From: the human T2T-CHM13v2.0 reference genome, Homo sapiens
Length of the DNA: 64,000 nucleotides
Direction: 5' to 3' (one strand)
Assembly (NCBI RefSeq): GCF_009914755.1
Contig: NC_060926.1
The position numbers and the translations under genes are program-made. Positions 40,096 through 52,420 of this stretch are shown one piece after another. How positions within the stretch are numbered: the stretch's first letter is position 1; each line of letters opens with the position of its first letter. A model generated the notes under the pieces. The model was given only the letters and a program-made list of their open reading frames with translations, had not been told where the DNA came from and ran no database searches.

Positions 40096-42583
40096 GTACG
40101 TGTCTGGGAAGTTCCCCGGGAGTGTCCCCTGCAGCACCCACTTGGCTTGCAATGCCCTGCCCCTCTCCCCAGCTCTCCCCAGGCCTTTCCTCTGTAGCCT
40201 GACCAGGGACAGGGTGCCTGGGGGAAGGGAACCCGGAGGGACTGTGAGGTCATTGCCTCCCCTGCAAGCCCACACAGCACTCATCTGCTGAGTCACCCCT
40301 CAGTGCCCGTTAGCACTGACTGGGCAGGCAGTACTGCCTGCTACTAACCCGCATCGGGCCCATGAGCAAGTTACAGAAGCCCTCTGTGCCTCAGTTTCTC
40401 ATCTGTAATTGGGTTGTTACGAGACTAAATCAGTTAATGCATATAAGCCCCAGAGCAGGGCCTGGCACCTGGCAAGCAGCTGGGAGGTGTGAAGTCTCAG
40501 TATTCTTGTTTTAGTAGCCATTATCATCAGCGGTGGTACTTCCTGGAGACATTGCAATGAAAAAGCAGGTGTGGGCAGTGTCTGGCATGGAAGGGATGCT
40601 CTGTCCAGGGTTGCTAACAAATAGCAAATAACGAAGAAGGGGCCAGGGGAGACACAGAGGAACGTATTTGGGTTGGTGTCCTCTTAGCCTGGGATACTTT
40701 CTTATGGGAGCATCTCAGTTCCATCCTTGAAGGAATCTGAGTCTTGTGTGAGAAGGTCTGCCCCCCTCCCATAAGACAGTGCCCACTCTTTGACCCACGA
40801 TGATTTCCTCTTATGGCTGCAACATGACAAAGATCACCTTCATTAAGTGCTTTCTAAGTGCCAGGTCCTGAGAGCTAAAGGTATGACAAGGACCATCTTA
40901 CCTTGCCACAGGCCTATAAGGCGGATACTATTAGCCCCATTTACAGATGGGGAAACTGAGGCTTAGAGAGATACAGGAAGCTGCCAAGAGGCAAGAAAGG
41001 ACTGTCTGACCCTGGTGCCCAGCTCTTAACCAGGATGTCCCTGTCACCCATGCTACATCCTCCCTGCCCACCCGCCTGCCCATCTCCAGTGATACCACCC
41101 CGGCTCCAACCCCTGCCCACAGCCTCCCATGACTGTCATTCTCAGCAGCAGGCCTCCCTGTCTCCCAGTCTGCTCTGAGGCCCTGGGTGAGTGTCTGTCT
41201 CAGGATCTAAGCTGGCGTCTCCGCTTCTGCCTGTATCTGGGGTCACTGGCAGCCCTTGGCTTCTCTTCTCTTATAAATAGTGTCAGCAGAGATAAATGAA
41301 TGGGTGACTGTTCTATGCAGAGATAACTGCAAAGAGAAGGGAAGGGTGTCTAGGGACAGCCCTGACATGAAGGAGGACAGTGCAGGCCTCCTCTCTGTGT
41401 CTTCGCCAGAGACAGCCTCCTTATCATCCAGGGAGCAGGGAGTAGGGAAAGAGCTTTGGAATCACATGGTACCAAGGTCAAACTATCATTTATTAGCCGT
41501 GGGACCTTGAACAAGTCAATATCTCTGACCTCATTGGTAAAATGGGGATAATTTTGTAGAGTTGTTGCAAGGATTCACGAGGGGGAAAGCATGTCAGGTA
41601 CCTGGTATAGGCTGGGCACAGAGCAGGCAACTCTTGTAATATATCATAGAATGTATTTGGTACTTACTGTGTGTGAGGTTCTGGGTCTGGTGGGACAAGC
41701 AGATCTGACAACGTCAGCCCTCTCTTTAAGGAGCTTGCAGACCAGGTCAGGAGCTATGACTGATGCAAGAGGAAGAGCCCCCGCCCATGAAAAGCAGCGT
41801 GGGCCAGTGCCCATCGATGTGCAGGCGAGAGGGTTGGGGTCCTGGGAGGAGTCAGAGGATGAGGGGTAGAGAGCGGGCCAGGGGCAGGGGGGCTTCATGG
41901 GCTGTACCCACTTAAACTATGTCTTGAAGGACAAGGAAGCCTTAGGTAAGAGGAGAGCATTCCCCAAGGGAGGAATGTTGTGAGCAATGACCTGCAGATG
42001 GAACTCGGTGTCTCGTTCAGGGGCCTGATAGTTAGCCAGCATCAAGATGCAGAGGAGCAACAGAGACGTGGCTGGCAGGGAGTTTGGGTTGAGGGCTTTG
42101 CTGTCCTCCTGGAGGGCTTCCCTGCAGCTGTGCTGGAGACAGAATGGCAGTGGCCTTGGGGATGGAGAAGAAGGGCTTAGGGGAGGGGCCTTGGGAACAA
42201 AGCTTTGTTCGAGTTTTGACATAGAGGTTGTGACCATGCAGAGGTGGGAAGACGAGGGGCCAGTCAACAGAGGCAGGGACCCCAGAGGGTGGCCCAGTGT
42301 AGGAGGAAGAGAAGATGATAAGTTGCCTGGCCTGACACACTGGAGGGACAGACCAGAGGGGCCAGGGCAGATGTAGACTTGGAAGCCAGCCCGGGCCCAG
42401 ACCCAGACTTTGCTGCACCATGGATGCACTTCTTGCTGCCTGCCCCATCCTTGCCCCATCCTTGCCCACTCGCCTCCTCCCTGCAGTGGATGGGGGTGAG
42501 GGACCAGGCCCGGGATGGCATGGGCCTACCCCTCAAGGTATCCTCCGGGCTCAGGCCCAGTGTCACTGTCCCTCCCCTCCCAG

Positions 42584-42703
42584 ACAGGGATGTCCATCGC
42601 TTGGTGTTCCCTGCCGTGGGGCCTCAGCACGCCGGTGTCTACAAGAGCGTCATTGCCAACAAGCTGGGCAAAGCTGCCTGCTATGCCCACCTGTATGTCA
42701 CAG
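42584..42703 (+). CDS. SPEG: SPEG exon 14 (Ig)
   Basis: ctcccag| ... G|GTGAGG; HAGVYKS. Confidence 0.95.
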
Positions 42704-42942
42704 GTGAGGCAGGCACCCTCGTGGTCAGCTGCACGCACAGCCTGGCCTCTGGCACTACGTGGGGGCTCAGGGAAAGGGGCCTCCACCCAGCTCCCTTCCC
42801 CTCCATCCCCTGGGGACCCTCTTGCCTTGCCCCTGCCCCTGCGGCTGAGCCCCCAGGCCCTAGCCTCCTGCCCTGAGGCTCGGTGATCCTGTGGGGCTGT
42901 TGGGCCCTTGGACCCAGCAGACATTCGAACTGCGGCTTTCAG

Positions 42943-43047
42943 ATGTGGTCCCAGGCCCTCCAGATGGCGCCCCGCAGGTGGTGGCTGTGACGGGGAGGAT
43001 GGTCACACTCACATGGAACCCCCCCAGGAGTCTGGACATGGCCATCG
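42943..43047 (+). CDS. SPEG: SPEG exon 15 (FN3)
   Basis: ctttcag| ... G|GTGGGT; DVVPGPPDG...VTLTWNPP. Confidence 0.95.
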
Positions 43048-43605
43048 GTGGGTCAGGGCTGCACAGGGCCATGGGTGGGGAAGGGGTGTGGAGAAGGCAG
43101 GCTCAGGCAGGACACCATGGGGGCCAGGCCCCAGAAGCGGATGGGCAGGGGCAGGAGCTGATGGAATGCTGGTGGGACCAGCTTTGCCCGTCTTCTCTCC
43201 ACGTTGCATGGGGCTCTTGCTCTGGGTGAGGAGAGGAGGCACGGGGCACTGCCACATTCCCTTCCCATCCTCAGAGTGGGTGCCTGGGTCAGGACTTGCA
43301 AATGCCCTCTCCTCGTCTTGTCCAGGATCTCCTCCCGCTCTGCCTCAGTTTCCCTACCTCAGGTATCAAGGAATTAGAGTTCAATTCCAGCCCCATCTGT
43401 GCCTGTACTGGTACCTTGTTGGCTCTTAACCTCCCAGGGAAGTGGCTGGGCAAGAGCAGATGGGGGGACAGGCAGGAAGCAACAGCAGAGACTGAGGCAC
43501 GTCATCAGAGCAGACTAATGATGAGTTCCAGGGTCCCGGGCCAGCTGGATGGGGAGGGGTTACTGCTCCTGCAACAGCAGCCTCTAGTAGCTCCTCTCCC
43601 GCCAG

Positions 43606-43812
43606 ACCCGGACTCCCTGACGTACACAGTGCAGCACCAGGTGCTGGGCTCGGACCAGTGGACGGCACTGGTCACAGGCCTGCGGGAGCCAGGGTGGGCA
43701 GCCACAGGGCTGCGTAAGGGGGTCCAGCACATCTTCCGGGTCCTCAGCACCACTGTCAAGAGCAGCAGCAAGCCCTCACCCCCTTCTGAGCCTGTGCAGC
43801 TGCTGGAGCACG
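43606..43812 (+). CDS. SPEG: SPEG exon 16 (FN3)
   Basis: cgccag| ... G|GTGAGC; YTVQ...FRV...SPPSEPV. Confidence 0.95.
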
Positions 43813-44219
43813 GTGAGCCTGGGTGCTCCTGTCGGGTGGGGGTGGGAGCTGCTGGGATGGGGAATGGGGGCCCTGTGGTGGAGGCTCAAGGGATGGCCTG
43901 GACATGGTAACTGGCAGGAGCAGCCTAGCCGGGCGGGACCTTGGCCCATCTGTACACTTCCTTCTCCCTCCTGAAAGCAGCAGGGCACGGTGGCTGAAGC
44001 TCAGGCTTTGGGATCGGGCCTGCTGGGGTCCAACCCCACAACCTCAGCTTTGCTGCTCCCTGGCTGTGTTCCCCTGACAAATCGCTAAACCTCTCTGAGC
44101 TTCAGCTTTCCCATCTGTAAAAACGGAACTCAAGTGTTGATGAGGGGTGTTAGAGGAGTGGTGGGTGCTGAGGACCTGATGTCAAGCCCAGCACAGAGCC
44201 TGCGCTCTCCTCCTCCCAG

Positions 44220-44343
44220 GCCCAACCCTGGAGGAGGCCCCTGCCATGCTGGACAAACCAGACATCGTGTATGTGGTGGAGGGACAGCCTGCCAGCGTCA
44301 CCGTCACATTCAACCATGTGGAGGCCCAGGTCGTCTGGAGGAG
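44220..44343 (+). CDS. SPEG: SPEG exon 17 (Ig)
   Basis: ctcccag| ... AG|GTGGGC. Confidence 0.94.
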
Positions 44344-44443
44344 GTGGGCCCCTTTCCCACATGTGGCAGCCCAGGTCTGGCCCAGCCTGGCCGGAATGCC
44401 CTGGGGCAAGATCTGGGTGACCTCCCTGTCATGTGTCCCCTAG

Positions 44444-44619
44444 CTGCCGAGGGGCCCTCCTAGAGGCACGGGCCGGTGTGTACGAGCTGAGCCAGCCAGA
44501 TGATGACCAGTACTGTCTTCGGATCTGCCGGGTGAGCCGCCGGGACATGGGGGCCCTCACCTGCACCGCCCGAAACCGTCACGGCACACAGACCTGCTCG
44601 GTCACATTGGAGCTGGCAG
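44444..44619 (+). CDS. SPEG: SPEG exon 18 (Ig)
   Basis: cccctag| ... G|GTGGGT; [11 protein letters not shown]. Confidence 0.95.
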
Positions 44620-44759
44620 GTGGGTGACAGCGGGCCTTCTTCCTAGCCTCCCTCCAAGGCCCAAAGCTCTCTACTCACACCCCCAGGTACACAACCTGCC
44701 TGACACTGCTGCAGATCCAAACCCATGTCCTCTGGTCAGGCCTGTCCATGTCATGGCTA

Positions 44760-45113
<354 letters not shown>

Positions 45114-45114
45114 G

Positions 45115-45335
45115 ATGTATTGAGCCTAGTATGTGCCAGTCTCAGTACTAAGCACTTTACATGTATTGCCTCATTTAATGTTTACATCAGCCTTGTGAGT
45201 TGGGGTTGGTTATTATCCCCATTTTACAGATGAGGAGACTGAGGCCGAGGCTAAGAGTAACTGGCCCAAGTTCACAGAACCTAATAAGTACAGGAGCTGG
45301 GTTCAAGTGTGGCTGCCTGACTCCTAGCTCCTGTG
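45115..45335 (-). mobile_element. MIR
   Basis: ttattatccccattttacagatgaggagactgagg core. Confidence 0.8.
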
Positions 45336-45510
45336 TTAAACATAATAGGAAATAGTATCTCAGATATAACAAACATGGGAAGACCAAGTTGGTTTTTAAA
45401 GAAACCCATGGGCACATCTTATCACCGAACTGCCAGCCCTGAGAATCCTGGCCGCCCTTCGGCACAAGCCTGTTTGACAGAGCCTCCCAATGTTTGCAGC
45501 AGCAAGGATT

Positions 45511-45800
45511 CTTTTTTTTTTTTTTTTTTTTGAGACAGTCATCTCACTCTGTCACCCACACCATCTCGGCTCACTGCAACCTCCACCTCCCAGGTTCGAG
45601 TGATTCTTGTGCCTCAGGCTGCCAAGTAGCTGGGACTACAGGCTTGCACAACCACGCCCAGCAAATTTTTTGTATTTTTTAGTAGAGATGGGGTTTTGCT
45701 ATGTTGGCCAGGCTGGTCTGGAACTCCTGGCCTCAAGTAATCCGTCCACCTCGGCTTCCCAAAGTGCTGAGATTATAGATGTGAGCCACCGCCTCGGGCC
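45511..45800 (-). mobile_element. Alu with small internal deletion
   Basis: Reverse dimer lacking ggctggagtgcagtgg; flanks aggattctttt. Confidence 0.9.
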
Positions 45801-47589
45801 TTAGGATTCTTTTTATAATTTTTCCTTTAAAGATGTAGTTTCTCAAACTAGTTACTACCTAATGCATTAGGTAGTAACTGTTTGGTTTTCTAATTTGTTA
45901 ATTAACTCTAGACATATGTAACCGCCACTCAGAACTCCTGATCAACATGGGCTAAACAGGGTTACCTGCTGAGTAAATACAATTCCAACCAAAAGCAAAG
46001 AAAGTGACATTTTACTTAGCACAGGCAATCTTATCATGGGTAAATGGACATTTTCTGGTGCTTTCAAAAAACCATTGAAGCTCACTTGAAACTTTCCGGT
46101 GCTTTGACCTTCATAGACTGCCCCCACCACCTCCCAGCCCATGGGGGACAGGATTCCTAGAGGCGAGGGGAGGCGTCTGTGAAGTGGAAGATAAGTGGCA
46201 ATAGGGTGTGTAACAAAGAGACAGGGAACGCTTCTGGCCGTGCTGTGAAGATGGTGGGGGTGCTGGGCGCTCTTTTAAGTGTCTCCCTCCTTGCCTGCCC
46301 TGTCCCTAGCACTCTCCACTCAGTCACCACTTTACTCCTTGACAGTCCATCTTCAGGACTCACCTTTCTTCCCAGATATAGGAGGAGCCCTGAAGTTTGG
46401 GGAGCCCCTGGCCCTGAGAGCCCTGCAGCACAGCCTAGCTGGAACAGTGACCGATGGAGCCCCATTTGAGCCCAGCCAGTCAGGGCTCTGATGGGGCTGG
46501 GGCTTGCACTGACACCCCTATTCCACTAGACCCCACCCAGCCACACCCAGACAGGGCAAGTGGAGTGGTGGCCCCCCTTCCTCCACGTCAACCTCACTGC
46601 AGTGTCTTCCCCACCCCCGGGATGGCCTCCCCCGTTGTCTGTGTGCCTGTGAAGGGTGGGGGTCCACACCCGGCCGCCCTGCCTTCCCAAGTGCCTGACT
46701 CATCCTACTTCTCCTCAGTCTGAGATGCTCAAACACGCTGGGGTGGGGGGTGGGGGCTGGCGGGGGACACCTGGAAGTCACAGGCTCCTTTGCAAAGCAC
46801 ATTGCAATGTGTATTTAATTCCATCATGAGAATTAGAAGCTGCTTTACCAGGAAATCATATGACCATGTGATATGTATGGAGAATGAAATCACAACCACA
46901 TGTGGGAGATACTGAGAGTCCATTTCTAGATGGTTTGGTTAGTATTTGGGGGTTACTTGTTTGTTCATCTTGCCATCTCCCAGATGCTATTAATAGAAGC
47001 CCCTCTAAACATTTTTCAAAGATTCAGTGAAAAAACTTCAAGGTAGAGGCAATGCCATCCATGAGCTTAATTCAGGGTCACAGGCTGAGCCACCTGCAGG
47101 GGCCAAGTTCAGGTAGTCAGAAGCCAGCGGGTGGCCCTGTGAAGAAGGGCGGCCACCCACAGGGGGCAGCATTGGGCCACTCCTCTCCCGCGGATTCATG
47201 CAGCGAGGGGAGCGACTCAGGATGGCCAGTCCTGATTTTTCAAGAGAGGCAGGAAATCCAGATTTCTTTTGTGTGTGAAAATCTCCTAATTTCAAAGCTG
47301 CCAAATTAATACAGAAGGTCAAACAAAGCAAGCCTGCACCTTGTGCCAGGTTTCCTCAGATTTGGAGAACATCACGTTTGGATTTACGGGGCGGGGCGGG
47401 GCTTGGTCCAGGCAGGGAACTCTGTTGTCCCAGTTGGTGGGGGTGGGGGGTGGTGGCTTGCAGGGAGGCGGGGGTCTAGCGTTCTGACTGAGCCAGTCAC
47501 TGATGGGGGATCTTGGGAGGGGCTGAGGAGGCAGGGTAAAGCCAGCCCCTAGCCCCTTCTCTTCCCACCCCTATCCCCATGTGTTTCAG

Positions 47590-47702
47590 AGGCCCCTCGG
47601 TTTGAGTCCATCATGGAGGACGTGGAGGTGGGGGCTGGGGAAACTGCTCGCTTTGCGGTGGTGGTCGAGGGAAAACCACTGCCGGACATCATGTGGTACA
47701 AG
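47590..47702 (+). CDS. SPEG: SPEG exon 19 (Ig)
   Basis: tttcag| ... AAG|GTCAGA; [11 protein letters not shown]...WYK. Confidence 0.96.
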
Positions 47703-48016
47703 GTCAGAGTGTGCTGCTGGCTGAGCCTGGGGGAGGGAGGAGGGGCTCCCTGGGGGCGTGGGAGGGTCCTGGAAGGCCTTAGGAGGGCGGAGCCCGGGCA
47801 GAGGCGTGGTTAGGAGGAGGAAAGGGGCTGCAGAGGACTGACTAGCTGAGGGGTGCAGGGCTTTCTGTGGGAGATAAGGGAGGAGCTGACTCTGGGTCCT
47901 GGTGAGAGATGCGCTGCCCAGAGTAGGAGATGAGGGCGGGGCCTGGTACAGCGGCTCCTGGCCCCAAGGTAGAGATGAGGCCAGGCCCAGGCTGAAGGTG
48001 AGACCCCACTCTGCAG

Positions 48017-48185
48017 GACGAAGTGCTGCTGACCGAGAGCAGCCATGTGAGCTTCGTGTACGAGGAGAATGAGTGCTCCCTGGTGGTGCTCAGCACGGGG
48101 GCCCAGGATGGAGGCGTCTACACCTGCACCGCCCAGAACCTGGCGGGTGAGGTCTCCTGCAAAGCAGAGTTGGCTGTGCATTCAG
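48017..48185 (+). CDS. SPEG: SPEG exon 20 (Ig)
   Basis: ctgcag| ... G|GTAGGC; [11 protein letters not shown]. Confidence 0.96.
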
Positions 48186-48428
48186 GTAGGCAGGAGTTCC
48201 GGAGAAAGGTAAAGCGCACACCCCCTGGAATCTGATGTGACCCTCCATGCTCTGCCCAGGAAGCAGCCAGCCCTGGACTCGAGCCACCACACCCCCAGCC
48301 CAGCACCCCGCCTTGAGCCCCCAACATTCTTGCACCTCTTCTCTCTTCTTCTTCTGTCCACCTGTCCCAGTCTCTGGCCTGCTTGCTTTCTTCCCCTCCC
48401 ACCTAACACCATGACATCTCTGCCCCAG

Positions 48429-48525
48429 CTCAGACAGCTATGGAGGTCGAGGGGGTCGGGGAGGATGAGGACCATCGAGGAAGGAGACTCAGCGACTTTT
48501 ATGACATCCACCAGGAGATCGGCAG
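48429..48525 (+). CDS. SPEG: SPEG exon 21 (start of kinase 1)
   Basis: ccccag| ... AG|GTGTGG; [10 protein letters not shown]. Confidence 0.96.
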
Positions 48526-48644
48526 GTGTGGGGCTAGGAGGGAAGCCAGTGGGGGCCGAGAGAGGCTGCTGGGTCTGAGGGTTGGGAGGGGTGGAGAGGG
48601 CCACAGTGATGGCTGATCTCTGACCCCCTCCCTGTGTCAACCAG

Positions 48645-48845
48645 GGGTGCTTTCTCCTACTTGCGGCGCATAGTGGAGCGTAGCTCCGGCCTGGAGTTTG
48701 CGGCCAAGTTCATCCCCAGCCAGGCCAAGCCAAAGGCATCAGCGCGTCGGGAGGCCCGGCTGCTGGCCAGGCTCCAGCACGACTGTGTCCTCTACTTCCA
48801 TGAGGCCTTCGAGAGGCGCCGGGGACTGGTCATTGTCACCGAGCT
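48645..48845 (+). CDS. SPEG: SPEG exon 22 (kinase 1 N-lobe)
   Basis: accag| GAFS...FAAKFI...VIVTE; ends CT|GTATCCT. Confidence 0.94.
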
Positions 48846-49883
48846 GTATCCTGGGACAGGCTGGGGGCTAGGGGGATCCATGCCTAAATGACTGGTCCTT
48901 GTAACATCCAATAGGCAACATGTTTTACAGTTTACAAAGTAGTCCCAATTGACAATTGGGAGGGATACATCTGGAGACTTCTATGAAAACCAACAGTTTT
49001 AAGCCCATTGTTAGCTTAAATTTTCATAGCATTTAATGTGTGTGCCTGGCAGTGTTCTAAGAGTTTTACAAATATTAACCTATTTAATCCCATATATTCC
49101 TATCTCCTGGAATTTTATTATTAACTTGTATTATCCCCATTTTACAGATGAAGAGACAGGCATGGAGAGGTTAAATAACTTGCCCAAGGTCACAGAGCTA
49201 GCACATGGCCTATGCTTTTCATCATGAAATGCAGTACAATGCATCTGCATATTTGTAGTGACCCCATTTCAGATCAATACTTGGCTTTATTTAGAGGCTG
49301 TTTTCATAAGGAACAGATTTTACCCTTTCATGAAGGCTGTGGTTAAGCAAAGGCACATTGAGGTAAGGATGCTGGGTGATTGGCTCATCACCCCAGTAGC
49401 AGGGTGACCGTAACCTGCACATGAGCCTCCTGCCTGCACTGTTTGAATTCAAACCTCAGCAAAATGACAAATTATTCCATGTCATGGATCTTCTAGGTCA
49501 TTCTCAAATAGAGTCAAGAAGTTCCATCCACAGTCAACAAAATTCTGCTGTAATTTGATCCCTATAAATGCTTTACAGGGTGGGCAGGAAAGGAAATGTT
49601 ATTCCCATATTACTCCTGGGAGAACCTAGGCTCAGAGAAGTGAAGTGACTTGTCTGAGATCCCATAGAAAGTGGGAGTTCAAGCAGGGATGACCCACCTG
49701 TGCCCTCAGAGGACAGGAGGTGGGGAGGGGGTACACGTGGAGGAGCGGAGAGGCAGTCTCTGGCTAGTATCAAGCATTCTGTAAGGGGAAGGAGAACCCC
49801 GTGCTGAGCTGGGACCTGCCCTGAGCGCTGGGCTGGGCCGGGCAGTTGGCACTGGGCACTGTTCTCCTTGATCTGGGATGTAG
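48846..49883 (+). other. U12-type (minor spliceosome) GT-AG intron
   Basis: 5' GTATCCTG; branch TTCTCCTTGAT 49862-49872; no pyrimidine tract before TAG; junction restores VTEL-CTEEL. Confidence 0.85.
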
Positions 49884-49941
49884 CTGCACAGAGGAGCTGC
49901 TGGAGCGAATCGCCAGGAAACCCACCGTGTGTGAGTCTGAG
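49884..49941 (+). CDS. SPEG: SPEG exon 23 (kinase 1)
   Basis: tgtag| [13 protein letters not shown]...ESE |GTGAGG. Confidence 0.92.
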
Positions 49942-50522
49942 GTGAGGGCAGTGGGTGGCAGGGGCCAGGTTGGGCACCAGCCTTCACCCACCTGAGCTTT
50001 GAGAACCAACAAATGGGTCCTGAGTGTGCCATCTGTGCCCACAGGAAGCCAGGGGTGGAGGTGGAGAGCACTGTTAGGTAGGCAGCAGAGTCCCCACCCA
50101 ATGATACCAGACCCCCATCTATCTGAGACTTGTGCTATTCTCTCTAAATCTCAGCAAACCCACCCCAGCTCCTAACTGTTGTTTCCCACTCTTCATCACA
50201 TAAACATCCCCCAAACATTTCTCCTGGAAGGAGCCCCACCTAGATTTTATTGATCTCACTGCAGTCCTGCCACGTCAGGCTGTACATGTTGTGCACTGCA
50301 CAATTCTACTTATTACCACGCAATGGCTCCTCCCTATAATTGTGCTGTACCCTCCGGTGCATATGGTAGCCTTGGATCTTTGCAACCCCAAACCTGTTTC
50401 AGCCCCTTCCACGAGCCATCTGAAGGCTACTCCACAGGCACAGCCGGACCGCTTGCCGCCCTGGAGGTGTTCAGACATACACCACCCTTCCCCCTCAGAC
50501 TCTGGGCCCACTATTTCCACAG

Positions 50523-50600
50523 ATCCGGGCCTATATGCGGCAGGTGCTAGAGGGAATACACTACCTGCACCAGAGCCACGTGCTGCACCTCGATGTCAAG
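50523..50600 (+). CDS. SPEG: SPEG exon 24 (kinase 1 catalytic loop HLDVK)
   Basis: ccacag| ... AAG|GTGAGG. Confidence 0.97.
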
Positions 50601-50701
50601 GTGAGGTGGGGACTGGAGAGCAGACAGCCCCTGTGGGAGCCAGGAGGTGAAGCATCCTTCCTTGTTCATTTGGCCCGCACACCTCGCCTTGTGTCTTCCA
50701 G

Positions 50702-50880
50702 CCTGAGAACCTGCTGGTGTGGGATGGTGCTGCGGGCGAGCAGCAGGTGCGGATCTGTGACTTTGGGAATGCCCAGGAGCTGACTCCAGGAGAGCCCCAG
50801 TACTGCCAGTATGGCACACCTGAGTTTGTAGCACCCGAGATTGTCAATCAGAGCCCCGTGTCTGGAGTCACTGACATCTG
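50702..50880 (+). CDS. SPEG: SPEG exon 25 (kinase 1 PEN, DFG, APE)
   Basis: ttccag| ... TG|GTAAGG. Confidence 0.97.
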
Positions 50881-51410
50881 GTAAGGCTGGCATGCTGGGC
50901 TGGGCCGACCAGGGCAGCTGCCCTTGGGGCTGTGCTGGGGACGCGCTCACTGGCAGGGAGATTTACCGAGCCTGAATTCCTCCTGAAGGTGGGCTGGAGG
51001 CATTGTTTGCAGGGTCTCCTGCCCATGTTACTCCTTGCCCCTTGTGAGTCAGGGCTGCCCCATTCTCTCAAGGCCTCAGCCCTGTTAGTCCTTGACTCCT
51101 TGTCTCCCCTGGAAGCCGGGCCTTCCCCTCAGCAGCCAGCCTGCCTCCTCCAGTAAGGCAGGCATGGTCCCATTGGTTCCCAGGCTTCCCTGGGCTTCCT
51201 GGGCCAGCCCTGCCATGACCCTGGACTTCTCCAGGCATATCTGGACCTGTAGGTTCAGGGTCCTCCCTGAAGAAGCCACTCCTGTGCCCATTGTCCATGG
51301 CAGTGTTCCCAGGGAGGTAACAGCTCACTCAGGTCAGCAGTAGCAAAGAACTGCTCCCTTCCAGTCAGAGAGGGGCGGTCCTCTTACCTATCACTCTCCT
51401 TTTCCCACAG

Positions 51411-51437
51411 GCCTGTGGGTGTTGTTGCCTTCCTCTG
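51411..51437 (+). CDS. SPEG: SPEG exon 26, 27-nt microexon (PVGVVAFL, helix F)
   Basis: tttcccacag| ... TG|GTAAGG; completes DIW-xxG motif. Confidence 0.93.
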
Positions 51438-52043
51438 GTAAGGACCCCTCTGCAATGTCCCAGCAGTCTCCTGGCAGGTCTACCCCTAACCTTTGCAGGG
51501 CTGCAGCCCACCCCCTTCTCTTCCGCACCCCCCACTCCTTCTTGCACTGCAAGGAGCCTCATGTGCATGAAGGTGGACACCCCTGTCTGCATGCCCACAC
51601 TCTGCCTGTCCCCACACCCCTCCATAAGAGGTGGGCACCCTAGATGGAGAGAGCCCAGCGCAGGCTCAGGGCCATGGAGGCAGGGAACTCCTTGGCTCTG
51701 AGTGTCCAAAACTTGGACTAGATGGGAGTGGAGCTCAGGGTGGGCACATCCCCTTGGCACAGACTCTTCACTCATGGAGAGGCCACACTGGAGGAGGGAT
51801 GGAACAGGTCCTCTAAAGCACAGGCCACTAGGCCCCAAGGCAGCACCACCTCCCTGCCCATCAGGGGGGCTGGGGAGGGGACAGGGCAGGAGAGAGTCCG
51901 CAGCCTCACCTCTTACCCACATTTGCCCAGCCTCTGTCATCCTCACAACCCCAGAGCCTCCATCTGTCCCCAGCCCTGTGCCCCCACTGACATTCCCCTT
52001 TGTCCCCGCCTGCCCCTCATGACAGCCCTCTTCACCCCTGCAG

Positions 52044-52196
52044 TCTGACAGGAATCTCCCCGTTTGTTGGGGAAAATGACCGGACAACATTGATGAACAT
52101 CCGAAACTACAACGTGGCCTTCGAGGAGACCACATTCCTGAGCCTGAGCAGGGAGGCCCGGGGCTTCCTCATCAAAGTGTTGGTGCAGGACCGGCT
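52044..52196 (+). CDS. SPEG: SPEG exon 27 (kinase 1)
   Basis: ctgcag| LTGISPFVG... CT|GTGAGT. Confidence 0.96.
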
Positions 52197-52377
52197 GTGA
52201 GTACAAGGCCCTGGGAGCCCCCACCTGCAGGGTCACCCTCATACCACCTGCCTGCTACTCCCAAACTCCTGCCCCTCGACATGCAAGCCCCCAACTCCTT
52301 AGGAGCCCTGTTTGCTCAGTTATTGACTCACTGATGACTGAACGATAAATCCCTTCTTAATCCTCATTCATTCACAG

Positions 52378-52420
52378 GAGACCTACCGCAGAAGAGACCC
52401 TAGAACATCCTTGGTTCAAA
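52378..52420 (+). CDS. SPEG: SPEG exon 28 (end of kinase 1, RPTAEETLEHPWFK)
   Basis: tcacag| ... AAA|GTGAGT. Confidence 0.95.
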
